Origin: Octopus vulgaris
Lineage: Eukaryota
Assembly: GCA_951406725.2 (NCBI GenBank)
Contig: OX597822.1
Location: 55,986,001 to 56,050,000 of the forward strand
DNA: 64,000 bases
Reading direction: 5' to 3'
Numbering within the stretch: position 1 is the first letter of the stretch; each line of letters begins with the position of its first letter. Below the pieces are notes generated by a model, which saw only the letters and a list, made by a program, of their open reading frames with translations, did not search any database and had not been told where the DNA came from. Shown piece after piece: positions 14,048-28,265 of the stretch. The position numbers and the translations under genes are program-made.

Positions 14048-14944
14048 TTAAAATTAATACTCATAGCCAGGTGCAATTTAGTGCCATAAAGGAAAGATTC
14101 AATTCTTAATAAGTGTGACTAAGGGTGCTGAAGCACATTCATTGCTAGAAATAAAAGTTAAAATACTCTTAATGCTGTAAAAAGAGTGCAAGTATATACA
14201 TATACTGACAAGGGAGGGAACCGCCCCATGACTGTCTCGAGGATCAACCAGACTAGGTTTAGTTTCATCTATACCGTAGACATCGACAATTGTTCTTGCT
14301 CGAAGAGCTCATGCTTGGCTAATTCCGTCTGCCAACATATATATATATTTACCATAGCATTTCTGGATGATTTAGCGAAGATCTAATGCATAAACTAAAA
14401 ATTAATACTAATAACCAGGCGAAATGTGATACCACATGTGTTTTCATTGGCTAAACTGGCAACATGACCGTCCCCAAATACATCAATGTGTGTGTGTGTG
14501 AGTGTGTGTGTGTGTATGTGTGTGTGTGTGTGTGTGTACGTATGTATATATGACGGATATTCGGCAAGGCTCTTTTGCAGGAATACTTGCAGGACAGTTG
14601 GACTGAATCTAAACCCAAGTGTTTGTGAAGTGTAGTTCTTAAACAAACATTTATGCCTTTGCCTAAAGCTGGAGATTTTATTTACATCTAGGTTTCAGTA
14701 GTACATCAATGTACTACTGACTAGTTTTGATCTAGTTTAACGTCGGTGATCAGAGGAGAATCGATGTTTTCAACATGATATAGTCGCATTGATTTGATAA
14801 ATAAAATGAAACGAAATATTTTTCATATATACATATCATTACATAAATTATCTTAGTATGTTTTACAAGTCAGTAAATAGAAATAATTGAAAATATTATT
14901 TCTGCAATAACTTAAACCATTATTGACAATTCCTTTTTCTAGGA

Positions 14945-15150
14945 AGCAGATTGCCAGGAACGTCACCATGAACACTTTGCCGTATATTTTCCAGCACGTT
15001 ATATTTTGAGTTCAAATCTCTCTGAGGTCAACTTTACATTTTATCCTCTCGGGTTTGATAAAATGTTGTACTAGTCAGTTATTGAGGTCGATGTAATCGG
15101 TTAATCATCTTTTCCCGAAATTGCTGTCCTTGACCCTAAATTTGAAGCAG
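14945..15150 (+). mobile_element. Decayed Meta-domain SINE
   Basis: GAGTTCAAATCTCTCTGAGGTCAACTTT..TTATCCTCTCGGGTTTGATAAAAT. Confidence 0.6.
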
Positions 15151-16254
15151 TTTGTTTTGGTATGTAAGTAAACTGTATCATTCTTTGTAGCCATAGCAGT
15201 GCCCTTTTTTTATCTGTTACTTTTCATTCTGTAATTTCAGTTCCGTTCACATAATTGAGTACTTGTTAATTCTTACAGCAGTAAATTACATTTTACTACT
15301 TTAAGTCTTTAAACTGCGGCTATGATGAGGTAGAGTCTTCAAAGACCTAGTTCATCATATCACTTTTAGCGACCCTGTTTGTCGAACAGTTAATATGAGA
15401 GATACAAAATGTAAGTACGGTTCCGGATACATGCATGTTCACAGACAAATGACGGGCTCCTACACAGTTTCCGCTAACCAAATAAGCTGTGCTAACATAG
15501 ACCAATTTCTTTACTTGGTCTTTCATTTTACTACTTGAATTTATCAACCATTTCTTGAAACGTTTCTGTATACATTCATAAGTTACGAACATTGTCCATA
15601 GGCAAGTGAAGGAAATCGGTGATTAATTTGAAACCAATTTTTCTCATTGTAGTTACCGACTGCTTAAAATCTTACTTGCCTTCACTCTCACCTAAAATGA
15701 TGTTCTAATAGCATTATTACATTACTAGTAATCGCAGACAAAGCTTTGTCAAATCGGGCCTCACCATCATAAAAGAAAAACTATGGACACATCGAACAAT
15801 AAATTCCTGTTAAAGAAAAGATGGATAATCACAGACGAAATGCATTCAAAGAACTACTTTGTTAGTGCTGACTTGGTTTTCATCAACAAGAAAACTATTC
15901 TTTTACTGTTGTCCAGTTCCTGATTCCTACTTCACCATACTTCCCAATCAGCTCCACTTGTCCTCACTTTCAACTTTTTCTTTTATATTTTAGCGTCGAA
16001 GCTGTGACTACTGTGACAGACTTCAGTTACACCAAGCCTTTTATAGGCTGGTTCGAGGCTCATATTTCCTCCTATTTTACTGTATGGACCCAAAGCTATG
16101 TTAACGTTTGAGTTAAGACTGCTCCAGTGTTTATTACAAGAGAACTCATCCGCTTCATCTTATTCACCGACCATTTACTTCCACCAACAGAATTCACTTC
16201 TACTGTCTTGATCGCCATCAGTTTCCGTAAGGTCCCTGTCACCATTAATAATTG

Positions 16255-16450
16255 TGTAAATCTTTGGCAGAAAGCTAGCGATTTTACGGGAGGCGGTAAG
16301 TCGATTACATCGACCTCAGAGCTCACCTACTACTTATTTCAGAGATAAAGTCAACCAAGGTGAAATTTGAACTCAGTACGTAAAGAATCGGAAGAAATGT
16401 CGCTAAGCATTCTGTCCGAATCGTTAACCATTTTGCGACTCTGCCACCTT
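16255..16450 (-). mobile_element. Decayed Meta-domain SINE
   Basis: Reverse-complement head (ATTTGAACTCAG..GAAATGTCGCTAAGCATT) and GTCGATTACATCGACC. Confidence 0.6.
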
Positions 16451-17613
16451 CTCTGATGCTATTAATAATATGTATCTGTCCAGCTCGGCATTCTGCAAAT
16501 CCACAGATAGTCATTCCTACCTCGATTATTCCTTTCCTCGTGCATCATCTTAATCTTGTAATTCATTGAAATCCGTCTGCTGAAGAGAGGCACCAATTTT
16601 CTACGTGATAAAATTACAATATCAATTAATTTGTGGCGAAGATGAAGTAAGCTTCACCATTGTCGCCGGCAATTAAAAGTCAGTTTTAAATGGAAGTGTC
16701 CATATCAGTAACATATTAGATAACATGCTGATAAAGATAAAATATTTAAGCTAAATACACGGTCACTCAACATGACTAGGTTAGTTTTTGCTGTGCGCTA
16801 AATTACAGCTCAAATGCTATAGAAATTACCTTTTCCTATTCTGTCACTCCAGTTTGTGAGGAGCGTATTCCAAAACCTGATCTTCCATTTAAACTTACAA
16901 GGAAGTTATCTCAGAAACTCTATCTTTACCTGTTGTGCCTAGCATGTCTGAGATGACTTTTGCGTCCCCCACACTTATTTCTTTCCTCTATTTACTCACA
17001 TTCCTATGTTTTCCATACAGCTTTGCATTTCGTCCGAACGCGGGTAGCCGATGGGTGGCCGAGGTGGGGGAAGGAGAATTCGATATTTCGTTAAGAAAAA
17101 TTAAATTTTCAAAAGCAAATTATATTTCCCACATTCGTAATCTTTGTATTATTCCACGTGCATAAAAACAAAATTCGAAAAACAGTTAAAAATTAGGAAA
17201 TTTCGGCGAGGTGGAGGAAATTATAATTTTGAAAAGATTTCTGGCCAAAATCTTATAAACCCCTTTTTATTCCATGAAACAGTACATAGTTTGTGATCCT
17301 TCTTAAGAACATAAATCACTTTCATGCAAATTGTACCCCATCCACTTCAATTCTGGACAAACAATAACTTCCATTACGCCAGGAATCCACTCCACTATAT
17401 ATCAGCTAACAGAATGCATTACGCGTATCAAGACAGAACGTAGTCAAATCGTTCACAGGTTACCGCTTCTTCTCAAAATAACGGTATACAAATTGGCATA
17501 GGCATTTTCCCACATCTTTTCATTCGTTACTAAAAAATCAAATTATACAATGCATAACTTCAAATTGCTGTCTTCTATCTTATATGTTCCTTAATCGTTT
17601 GCTCTTTTCAGCG

Positions 17614-19148
17614 ATGCCACCAAAATGAAGACATTCTCATTTATCTCCACAAACAAGGGCTGCAAAGAAAACTGCCTCTATTCGTGCTCAATAAAACTCA
17701 CTTCAGCGATGCCCAAATGTGTAATATTTGAAAACGATCACCGACGGCGGAAGTTCTGCTCTAAACTACATTTTTTGACTGGGATGGATGCACGATAGCA
17801 CACCGTGTTGCACAAGAAGCCCAAGATAGGTCACTAAGGGATATTAGAGACAGTACCGCCGTTATGGGGTGGGGGAGAATACTGTTGTCCTCTCAGATTT
17901 CCGTCAAATATTACCAGATATATCACGGGGTACGCGAGCTGACGACATCTATGTGTGTCTGAAGTTTTTACCTCTGTGGAGCTTTGTTCGTCAACTTTCA
18001 TTAAGCAACAATATGCGAGCTCATCTCTACAACGATCCTTTAGCTGAGGAATTCTTTCATCAAATTCTACTAATTGGAAATGGCTCTTTACCGTTGAATA
18101 ACACCCTGCAACAACATGTACTGCAATATGGGCACATGGTGTCTACATTGGCCGAGCTTAAAGAAAAGGTATTTCTCACTTTGCAAGATAACTTCAATAA
18201 CATAGCATTGTTCGCAGAGAGAGCTGTTTTAGCAGCTCAGAATGAAAGCGTTGATAAAGTAATCTATGAACTCCTCCACATTCTACCTGGAGATGTTTCA
18301 ACGTTTGTCTCTATCGACGAACTTGCCACTGTTGACTATCCATTTGAATTTTTCGACTCTCTACAACCCACAGGACTGCCAGCGCATTAGGTTTTCCTAA
18401 AGAAAGGTGCACCTATCATTCTCTTGAGGAATTTCGACCCACCACGGCTATGCAATGACACAAGATTGACTGTAGCTACAATGACAAGTTATGTCCTACA
18501 AGCAACCATTATTGCCGGCTGTCATCGAAAAGAGATCGCATTCATTTCATGCATGCCCCTTATTCACTCAAATGTGCCAGTCAATTCAAGTGCCTCCAGT
18601 TCCCAGTGTGATTATGCTTCGCTATGACAATCAGCAAAGTCCAGTGTCGAACTTTAAAAATTGTGGGTCTCAATTTACAAAGACCCTGTGCAGATGACTT
18701 GTATATTTATTCTTTCAATACTAGGCTTACGCAAAACATAGTTGACCCAGAAGCATTGTCGATTTCACTTAACATATATTGACATGTGCAGTCTGCCCGA
18801 ACATTAGAGATAATAATTTTCACAATGAAGCAGCTTTCTTTCCATGTACCTAACTTTCTGCAGTACGGATACCGCTATGTCCTCATACGTCATCCAATTA
18901 TTTAAATCCATTAGTCTAGGTAATTTTGTGGGCAATATTAGAATTTCCTTCAAATCTAAGTTGCCATTATTCATGGTTTTGGTGTCAATAATTTCGGCAT
19001 TGTTCATCAGAAAATGACTGAAAAACATGTTTATAAAGAAGAGTTGTTTGCTTCTCACTCCTCGTGTGCTGACTGCCCATAAGAAAGAAAGAAATAATAC
19101 TATGTGGCTATAGGTAAATAATACCTGGGCAACGCCGGGGTGCATTTC

Positions 19149-19151
<3 letters not shown>
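17614..19151 (+). mobile_element. Internally deleted Helitron with PIF1-type helicase pseudogene
   Basis: MPPK.. N-terminus, then helicase motifs (SDFRQILP, L..NMRA, RAVLAAQNE, PTGLPAH, LLRNFDPPRLCNDTRL, QFPV..FAMTISK). 3' hairpin CCTGGGCAACGCCGGG followed by CTAG|T at 19148-19152. The 5' end was not located. Confidence 0.85.
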
Positions 19152-19216
<65 letters not shown>

Positions 19217-19777
19217 TCACAGTATATTCAATTAGGGACCAGTTCTAGAAGGTCATGTAGTCTTCAAACAAGCCTTCTTCAAACAAAATCGATACAGTCA
19301 CAAACTGAAGATGTGATGAACATTAACTTCCTATCATAATAAACTGGCAACAAAAGCAGAGGTAACATCAAGGTCGATTACTGAAGAAGGAATTAATTGA
19401 GCGGGGGAAGATGATTAAAATGGACCAATACGTTAAGGGATGATGTGCAGGATGGCATATGAAAAAAAAAAAATATAAAGAAAAAAGAAAAAAATCATTT
19501 TCCTTTTAGTCGGAGAAAGAAAATAAAGACCAAACGGCAATTGATATTGACTCTCAAGGAAAAGGGGTAGCAATTTAAGAAGTTGTAAATTGGTCTCTTA
19601 CAGATGGGAGTTTAACGTACTAGTCATTTCAGATACCAGTTATAACGTATCAGTTAATTTAATATTAGTACAAGAAGCACATTTGCATCGGCAAAAGAGG
19701 CAGTACTAGACTGCCTGAGATATGGAGAACCCTGAGATATAGAAGAAGAGATATTCATGTCTATTGTAACGTAGTGA

Positions 19778-19924
19778 CTCGTCGCCAATTATTGTAGTAT
19801 TGCCACAATTTATGACTTCCTGCGGTTAACGCCTACTCTCCCTTTCTCTGACTCAGACCGCTATATTTATAGTCGTTTAGTCAAGTCTTTTCTCGCTGGG
19901 GATGTTGTAGCGAGAGCTACAACA
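19778..19924 (-). mobile_element. Short LTR plus primer-binding site remnant (Gypsy)
   Basis: Minus strand reads TGTTGTAG...TATAAATA...CTACAATA then TGGCGACGAG (PBS-like). Layout resembles the LTR at 9003-9214. Confidence 0.55.
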
Positions 19925-21112
19925 ATGTCAATATACAAATCTACCAATTTTTGAATGGTATATGTAGGGTATTCATGCAAATATAATTTGAATAATCCTT
20001 ACTGGTTCAATAGCATTGCATCTAATCAGAGATACTGTATACAAAGACGGTTCACAACTGTCACAAGAAATATACATATAAAATAATAAAAATAGTAAAA
20101 ACAGAAAAGCAGGCATACCGATAATAATAACAGAATCATTTCAAAACACAGAAGAACGCATTGCAAAGTACTGTTACATTTGAATTTCTAGAAAACAGTC
20201 AAATTGGCGACGTTTGAATGACTTTCACCATAGATCAAATTCATTAGGTTTCACCGGAATTACAAAGTCACAACTCTCTTCTCATTTATATTTTTCTCCT
20301 CTTGAAAACTTTGATGTTATTTTACACGCCTATATTTGTGTTGTGTGCAGATTTATTATTATTTTTTTCTGTCAGTTGAAAAGAGCAATGCTTCAGCAAA
20401 TGAGCTTCCAGCTGTGACCTTTACTGTTTTTTACATATCACTCTTGAACTACAAAGTAATTTGTGTCCTTAATGTTTTTTTCAAGATGATGGTGCAGCAT
20501 TTCTCGGTGGGGCTGGGCTAATATTTTGGGATAATCAAGTATCTCCAATAGCTTATATGTGTAATTGTTCATCTCTCTGAAATCTAAGGGCAAACTTTTC
20601 AAGGTGATATGAACATACGGATCACCAAGAAGTGAAATTGAATCATACTTCATATTATAAATGTAATAAATACAATGACTAACAGACGAACGATGAATGC
20701 TGCAGTGCGATATTAATTCGAGTTAGCTACGAAAATAAAATAACACCTGCTTCAGAACCAGTTTCTTTTCAAAAGATTTAGATCCAACAAAAGGGACTGC
20801 TTGGTACCGATAGAGCCCAACATAATAAAATGAATGTCTAAACGTTACCTTGGATAAATATATATATACATATCAAAGTACGGTACTTATTAATACCATG
20901 TCCATCATAAAAGAGCATAATAAAAGAGGCGTTCGGATTTTGGAGAGGACAAAACGATGGAGTAAGGAAATAGATGCGAACACATTAGCGAATTATGGAG
21001 ATTCACAAGAATCAGTACAAAAGAAGTAAAAACCTAGAGAGAATAAGTCATAGAATATATGTTTGCGTATAGGTATGTACACATATATACATATATTTGT
21101 ATATATACACGA

Positions 21113-21177
<65 letters not shown>

Positions 21178-21834
21178 TATATAGTTATGGTATATTCCGT
21201 TAAGCACGTAGTAGAGTACAGTATGAAGTGCGTCCATCTTCAGATTTACCCTGTGCAATTCAATAGTTGTATTATACGTACTTCCAAGTTTGCGTTTGGG
21301 CATCATTTGTGTGTGAATAGATAATTGAAAGAATTGGAGTCAACAAGAAGGAATACGGTTGAACAATTATTTTTTAATCACTACAATTGTTTTTGTGTTT
21401 TTATTATGTGTTTGTTATTCTTTGTCACGATCCCGCACTTTATAATAAATTAAATGAAACTAAGCATCATAAGAGTTCAACGTAAGGTGTAACTTCGCAG
21501 GAAATAAAAGTAATAGTAGCAATAATAAAATTGATGAAGAATGTTCAAATAACTCTAAAAAAGGAAGTAGACTAACGAGGATTTACATGAAACTATCTGC
21601 TATAAACACAAGCTTTCCTTTTTCAACAGACTAAGTGATAGGTATACTTATTAGTATTTATTAGTGGTAACAGTGTCGAGGGGGAAACAGACTAAGACGT
21701 AAAAGCGAAAGGTAGAAAAAAAACCGGATATCTAACAACAGGAAATATGAAGAAAGAAAGCAAAATCTGAAATCATAAAAGTGCACATACACACTCACGC
21801 ACCACGCACGCACACACACATTTGTAAAAATATT

Positions 21835-22620
21835 GTTATTCTTGGGGATGGTCAACTTTTGCTAATTAAATACAGGCACTATTTATTTGATATTCACTTT
21901 AGCTTTATTAATATTATTTTTAGTAGCTTATTTGTTTGTCAAAGATCTTTTGTCACACATTATGTGACCATTTCAACAAATTTCTGTACCATGTGTCTCC
22001 TCTTGTCCTGCATATTCCATTTTACTTGTATGTGGTATGTATCTCAATCTGCGCATGCGTTTACGTATGTATCTGTGTTTGTGTGTGTATGTGTTTAGTA
22101 TGTGTGTCTAGGGTGCGTTAGGAGATAGATCGGGCCTCAAAAGAAAACGTGAATCGAGAAATAACATCCCTAATCCATCACAGTAAGCAACTTGGTAACT
22201 AAAACAGAATGAGGAAAAATTAATAAATTATACCGGTACTAACAGTTTAATATACAAGCCCATATGCACGGACACAAGACACACATACCTATACTTATGT
22301 TAGAATGAGAAAAAGTCAATAAATAAAAAAAAACATGGGTACAAACATTGTAATATACAAACACATATACACACAAGGAACACATAGTTATAGACGTAAA
22401 CGCATGCGCAGATAGAGATATATACCATAGAAAGACAAAATGGAATAAATAGGACAAGGGGACACACATGAAACAGAAACTCGCTGAAGAGGTCACAGAA
22501 TGTGTGACGAAAGAACTTTGACAGACAAATAAACTAAAATAATAATAACGCTAAACTGAGGATCAAATAAACAGTGCGTGCTTGATGGGCAAAAAATGAC
22601 CGTCCCAGGTATAATAATAG
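21835..22620. repeat. Diverged inverted repeat (arms about 21835-22097 and 22355-22620) carrying a decayed HHR
   Basis: Arms align as reverse complements (e.g. CTGCGCATGCGTTTACGT / ACGTAAACGCATGCGCAG; GTCACACATT / AATGTGTGAC) with many substitutions. Confidence 0.75.
22481..22521 (+). ncRNA. Degenerate type I hammerhead ribozyme motif
   Basis: tcg CTGAAGA g gtcaca gaatg tgtgac GAAA gaac tt tga. The opposite arm preserves the stem III palindrome GATC. Confidence 0.45.
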
Positions 22621-22990
22621 TTGTTTCAACACACATTTTCACATCAAGAATTTTGCTAAGGAAATACATAGACGTAACATTTGTAGACGACTTCATATAA
22701 AACACAAGAATCACCCGAATGATAATTGCTTTATTTAAAAAAAAGTTATATGTAGTAAATGTGTGATATGAAAAGATTCTTGAACTGTGTTTCAATTTCA
22801 GTTTCAAAGAGTTAATTTATTGACTTGTGTAGAAAGTCAGGAAAACATATTAACAGTAAATTGAAATGGTTAAAATTTGCTAATATCTAATAATGACATT
22901 AAGAAATTATCACTTCTATGATGATAATCCTCTGATCATTTGTCAATAATTAAGAAATCCTTACAACTTTTAATTAATATCAATATGTTA

Positions 22991-23047
<57 letters not shown>

Positions 23048-23167
23048 ATATATATATATTATCTATGTGTATGTATGTAAATATACATACATTCACACTC
23101 ATACTTTAACAAATATATGTGTATAGATAGATAGATAAATTGACAAATAACTAGATTACTATCTATC

Positions 23168-23221
<54 letters not shown>

Positions 23222-23286
23222 CACACACACATATATATTAGAATATAAACACACACATATATATATATATGTTACAATATAAACAC

Positions 23287-23722
23287 AGGCGTGGCTCTGT
23301 GATAAGATGTTTGCTTCCCATAGAATCTTTCCATGTTAAGTCCTACTGGGCGGAACCTTAGATAATTTTCTTTAGCTATAGCCTCGTTCGCCCAATGCAT
23401 TGTGAGTGGATTTGGTAGAAGGAAACTGAATGAATCGTGTCATTTATATGTATATATTATGAGGTATATGTATGGGTGTGTCCATGTGATTTTGTGTTTG
23501 TCCTCCCCTCGTTTGAAATTAATTCGTTGTTAGTTTGTTTACGCCCCCCGTAACTTAGCGGTTCAACAAAAGAGACCGTAGAATAGATATCACATAGAAT
23601 AGATTTTTATTAAATAGATTTTTATTGAAAAATAAGCGTTACGGTCAATTCTTTCAACTGCAAATTCTTTGAAGGCAGTGCTCTGGTATGGTCGCAGTCC
23701 AGTGACAGAAACAAGTAAAAGA
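23287..23722 (+). mobile_element. Full-length but diverged CORE-like SINE
   Basis: Head, internal TA/TG tract and tail are collinear with 63558-63998. Confidence 0.75.
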
Positions 23723-23789
23723 TATATGGTATGTATGTATGTATGTATGTATGTATGTATGTATGTATGTATGTATGTATGTATGTCAG

Positions 23790-26323
23790 TGAAAAACTCC
23801 GATATCAGAAGAGAATAACCGAGAGAAGAACAATAAGCAAAATATTTTAACCGGAACCAAGCAGCAGAATACAGAGACATGAGAGGAGGAGCAGTGAACA
23901 TCACAGAAGCTCCTTCACGAGAAGACAGATTCCTTTTGGAGGAAAATCTGGAGTGAAGAGAAGGATTTTAACTAAGATGCTCTGTGGCTGGAAGAATTCT
24001 GAAACTATTGCCCCTGCATTACACCCAAGACATATAACATTGATGGTGAAACCCTTGCAACTGTGATCCAGAAACTCCAGGATGGAAAAGCACCTGGAAG
24101 GGACTTGATTGTTGGATATTGGTACAAGAATCTATCCTACTACCGATTATATCTTATCAATCTATACCAGCAAGCTCTCACTGGGATCAGTAGCTTGGCA
24201 CATTGATTAGCTCTGGCAGAGACAAAATTGATCTCCAAATGCAGAACCACCCACATGGCAAAAAACTACCGGCCAGAACTTAATGTATCAAATATATATA
24301 AAATGCTTAAACCCCATCCTCCAAGATCATTGTGAAACCGATAACATCATCACAGCAGAACAAGCAGCTGGGAAGAAGGGAGTCTGAGGATGTGCCGAGC
24401 AATTGTTAATCAACAAAACTGTGATGTCAAAGGTGCGAGAGCATAGAAGGAACCTAGTTTCAATGTGACTTGACTACAAGAAAGCCTTTGACTCTGTTCC
24501 CCACTCATGGATGCTAGAAGCCCTTCAACTTGCTAAAGTTCCAGTGAGCATAGTCAAAGCCATAGCTGATCTGACATCATCATGGCCCACCATCTTTAAA
24601 TTAAACATGAGTGAATGTATTATCATTGATAGAATGCAATATCGCAATATTCCAAGGGGACAGCCTCTTTGTGATATTGTTTATATTTTCTGTAAACCCC
24701 TTGTCACTCATGCTAAGAAAGTCTGAAGGATATTGCACTGTTTCACAAAGAAACAGAAATGACAAAATTACACACTGTTTCTTTGTGGATGACTTAAAAC
24801 TTTATTCAAATAATATGCATGAGAGGAAAAATAGCCTTGACCTACTTACAACATTCTCAAAGGATGTAGGTTGGAGCTTGGTCAGGATAAATGTTGTTAT
24901 ATAGCTGTGAAAAGGGGGAAACTTGACTAGCTACATCTCCATCAATGATTTCACTGTTTCCCCTATATCTGACGAGGAATGTTACAGGTATCTAGGGATG
25001 GATGGAAACGTATCTTACAATGACACCTGTGACAAAACACAAATATTACAGTCAAATAAAGAAAATTTGGACCTCAAAACTCTCCGCATTCAATAAAACA
25101 GTGGCCCACAATGTGTTTGCACTGCCAGTACTCATACCAACATTTGGACTGCTTGATTGGACGCGTGATGAGATCCGAGCCATTGATGTCAAAACCCCAA
25201 AATACTAACAAGCACACGTAATTTCCACATAAACAGCAACGTAGACGGCTGCTACCTTTAACGAAAACAAGGCGGTATAGGCTTGACATCCGTCCAAAAT
25301 GCGGCTGAATGTCGTATCCACATCTCTTCGGCAACATCTCTTAACAACCAAGTGTCGAAGTCAACCCCTTGACCAAGTTTGCATACATGAGGCAGATAAC
25401 ATCATAGGACTTGGAAGGCAGCTCCTTGAGCAACATTCTTTATCCGATAACCTAGAATACATGCATTAAGTAATCCCACGACTCTACCGCAACGTATGAT
25501 CAAATGGAAGGATGAGCCTATATGAGCAGAAGACTATGCATGGATATATTAGTAGACAGCTCCGAGACGATTGTAACATCGATCATCAAAGCAGTTTATC
25601 ATGGCCCAATAGCCGGATTACTACCTCCCACTTTGAAGGGTATGCGTTTGCAATCCAGGAACAGGAAATATCAACCAAATACCTGATGCACAAAAGGGAT
25701 AGAGATGCAGGAAAAGCTGTAAAATGTGACAACCGATGCAGACTTTGTGGAGTTAACACCGAATATATTACCAAAATCATAAATAGTTTTCCGAATATGT
25801 CATCACGGTATTATCTACCGATGAGACATAATGTTGTAGTTAAGACACACTATAATGAAATCCGTGGGAAGGATTACCCCGAGGACAAAGAAATAAGAAC
25901 CTGAAGTACGGTAGAAGCCATAGCCACTCATAATAAAAGGGAATACTGGTGAAATGTCCCAGTGAAGACCTCAATAATGTGTAAGTACAACGGACCTGAC
26001 ATAATGATTTGGAATAGAAAACAGAAACTGTGTGGAAATTAGCTGCCCAGCGGATGTTAACATAAGGCTGAAGTTTATCATTCAAATATATATGAACATG
26101 TCTAGATATGCAACTATATGCAAATATGCACATATACATACATACATACATACATACATACATACATACATACATACATACATACATACATACATACATA
26201 CATACATACATACAAAAGTACCTTGTTGAAATCCCAATGAAAGAACCTTGGATTCTATAAGCAAGAAATCTTGAATTAAAGCTGAACAATCACATACATA
26301 CATACATACATACATACATACAT
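23790..26323 (+). mobile_element. Decayed R4/Dong-type LINE (RT, CCHC, partial RLE) with (CATA)n tail
   Basis: KAPGRD, LDYKKAFDSVPHSW, IFQGDSL, HCFFVDDLKLY, YRYLG, AIQEQEI, CRLCG...RHN, PDIMIW. Multiple stops and frameshifts. Confidence 0.85.
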
Positions 26324-26945
26324 AGCGACTCATAATAAAAATGAGTACTGGCAGAATGTCCCTGTGAAAACCTCAATAAAATGTAAACTTAATAGACCTG
26401 ACAGTGATTTGAGATACAGCAGAGAAACTGTGTACAGTTATGAAAATCATCTGCCCGGCGGATGTTAACATAAAGCTGAAGATCAGCGAAAAAGAGAATA
26501 TCTACGCTGAACTATTGAGAAATCTACAGTTATTCTATCCAGATTGCAATTTCAGATGTATACTTACAAATACTGGGTCACTGAAATACGTAACACACAA
26601 TTTCTTGAGAAATTAGGGTTCCCGAAACCAGAAAGAACGCTAATTCGAAGTCTACAAATCCAAGCCATTACTGGGACTAGAAAAATCTGTAAAACTTTGC
26701 AGAAGTTTATCATTTGAATATATATGAACAACTGTGTGCATAAGAATAAATACATAAAACAAAGCATACAAATCTGCACCTATACATACATACATACATA
26801 CATACATACATACATACATACATACATACATACGTACAAAGATATCCTGTTGATGTTAAAATTTCTATTAAGTGGCTTTGGATCCAGGTTAGAAACCGGC
26901 TCTTTCTTTACTGGCAATAAATCTTTGAAATAAAACTGAATAATG
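26324..26945 (+). mobile_element. Second, 5'-truncated copy of the same R4-type LINE inserted in tandem
   Basis: Repeats 25922-26290 (ACTCATAATAAAA..GACCTGAC..CCCGGCGGATGTTAACATAA) and retains a segment missing from the first copy. Confidence 0.8.
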
Positions 26946-27084
26946 ACACTCACCAACAGTTAATTCTAGTAACATTTTGCCAGCTGTGCATTTCATTCAA
27001 CACTCAAGTATTACTTATAAAACCTCACATGTCCTTTTTTCTGTGTTTTACTATAAAACATCCCATCTATTTGTTTGTTCCTTC

Positions 27085-27365
27085 TCGAGCCACACCTGGC
27101 TCATAAGGACCGGTTTCCCGGTTTCCTTGGCGTATAGGTTCCCCACCTGGACGGGACGCTGGTCTGTCGCAGATGAGCTGCAAGATGCAGACGGAGAGAG
27201 TGAGGGAACGTTGTGGTGAAAGAGTCAGTAGAAGTTCACTATTACCTTCTGCGTGGAGCTTAGGTCTTTCGCTCATAAACATACACATCGCCCGGTCTGA
27301 GATTCGAACACGCGGTCCTTTGACTGCGAGTCCGCTGCTCTAACCACTAGGCTATGTGCCTCCAC
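27085..27365 (-). mobile_element. tRNA-derived SINE (third family)
   Basis: Minus-strand head GGAGGCACATAGCCTAGTGGTTAGAGC...GTTCGAATCTC (A/B boxes). Shares a GACGGGACGC tail segment with 61430-61655. Confidence 0.7.
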
Positions 27366-28094
27366 CCCATCTATTTAGGGACAACTATATTTCCGCTACT
27401 TTTCACCACCAAAGCAACGAAAGAGCTGCGACGCGATCGCAAAAAACTGCTGGAGATAACTGTTTATAATGTAGTCGTGAGGGGTCAGTCGATAATATCG
27501 AGCCCCAGTTTTTGACTAAGTTTTATTTATTTTATCGTCTCCCGATGGAGGAAAAGCAAAGTTGACGACGTGGGTGGGACTGAACCAAGTACGTTGTCCA
27601 GTGCTCTAATGATTCTGCCAACCCATCATCATACAGACTGCAAGAAATAACAATCAAATTTCCCATATAAAATATAATAATATACTGAACAAAGTTGCTT
27701 TTGATGCATAGTATAAAAGAAAGCAAAGAAAAAAAAAAAATGTTTTGGTCATATCTAGAATAAGTTTCGTTATAGGTATATTAATTCAGAGCTAACCTGG
27801 GGTTAAAGAATAACGGCAACAGGTACACAAATACGAAATATAAAATCGATGACGGCGAGATTTGAACTTGAAATGGTAAGGCATCGAAGTTCGAGTACTC
27901 CAGAGTAACTAATACATGCACTCTACAGCTTCGCCAACCTCCACCACTGTGTTCACGCTTTCCCCTCCCTTTCCGAAATGTTGTATAGTTCCAGAAGGAG
28001 AGGCAGGGAGTGATACACTATTTAGCCGCCCACGCACTGCTCTCACTTTCACTCCTTATTAATAGCCAAGACAAACTATATCTGGCAATATTCT

Positions 28095-28234
28095 GCAACA
28101 ACAACAGCAACAACAGCAGCAGAAGCAACAACAACAACAACAGCAACAACTAAAACAACAACAACTACTACTACTACTACTACTGCTACTGTCATCACCA
28201 CCACCACCACCACTACCAGCACCAGCAGCTCCCG

Positions 28235-28265
<31 letters not shown>

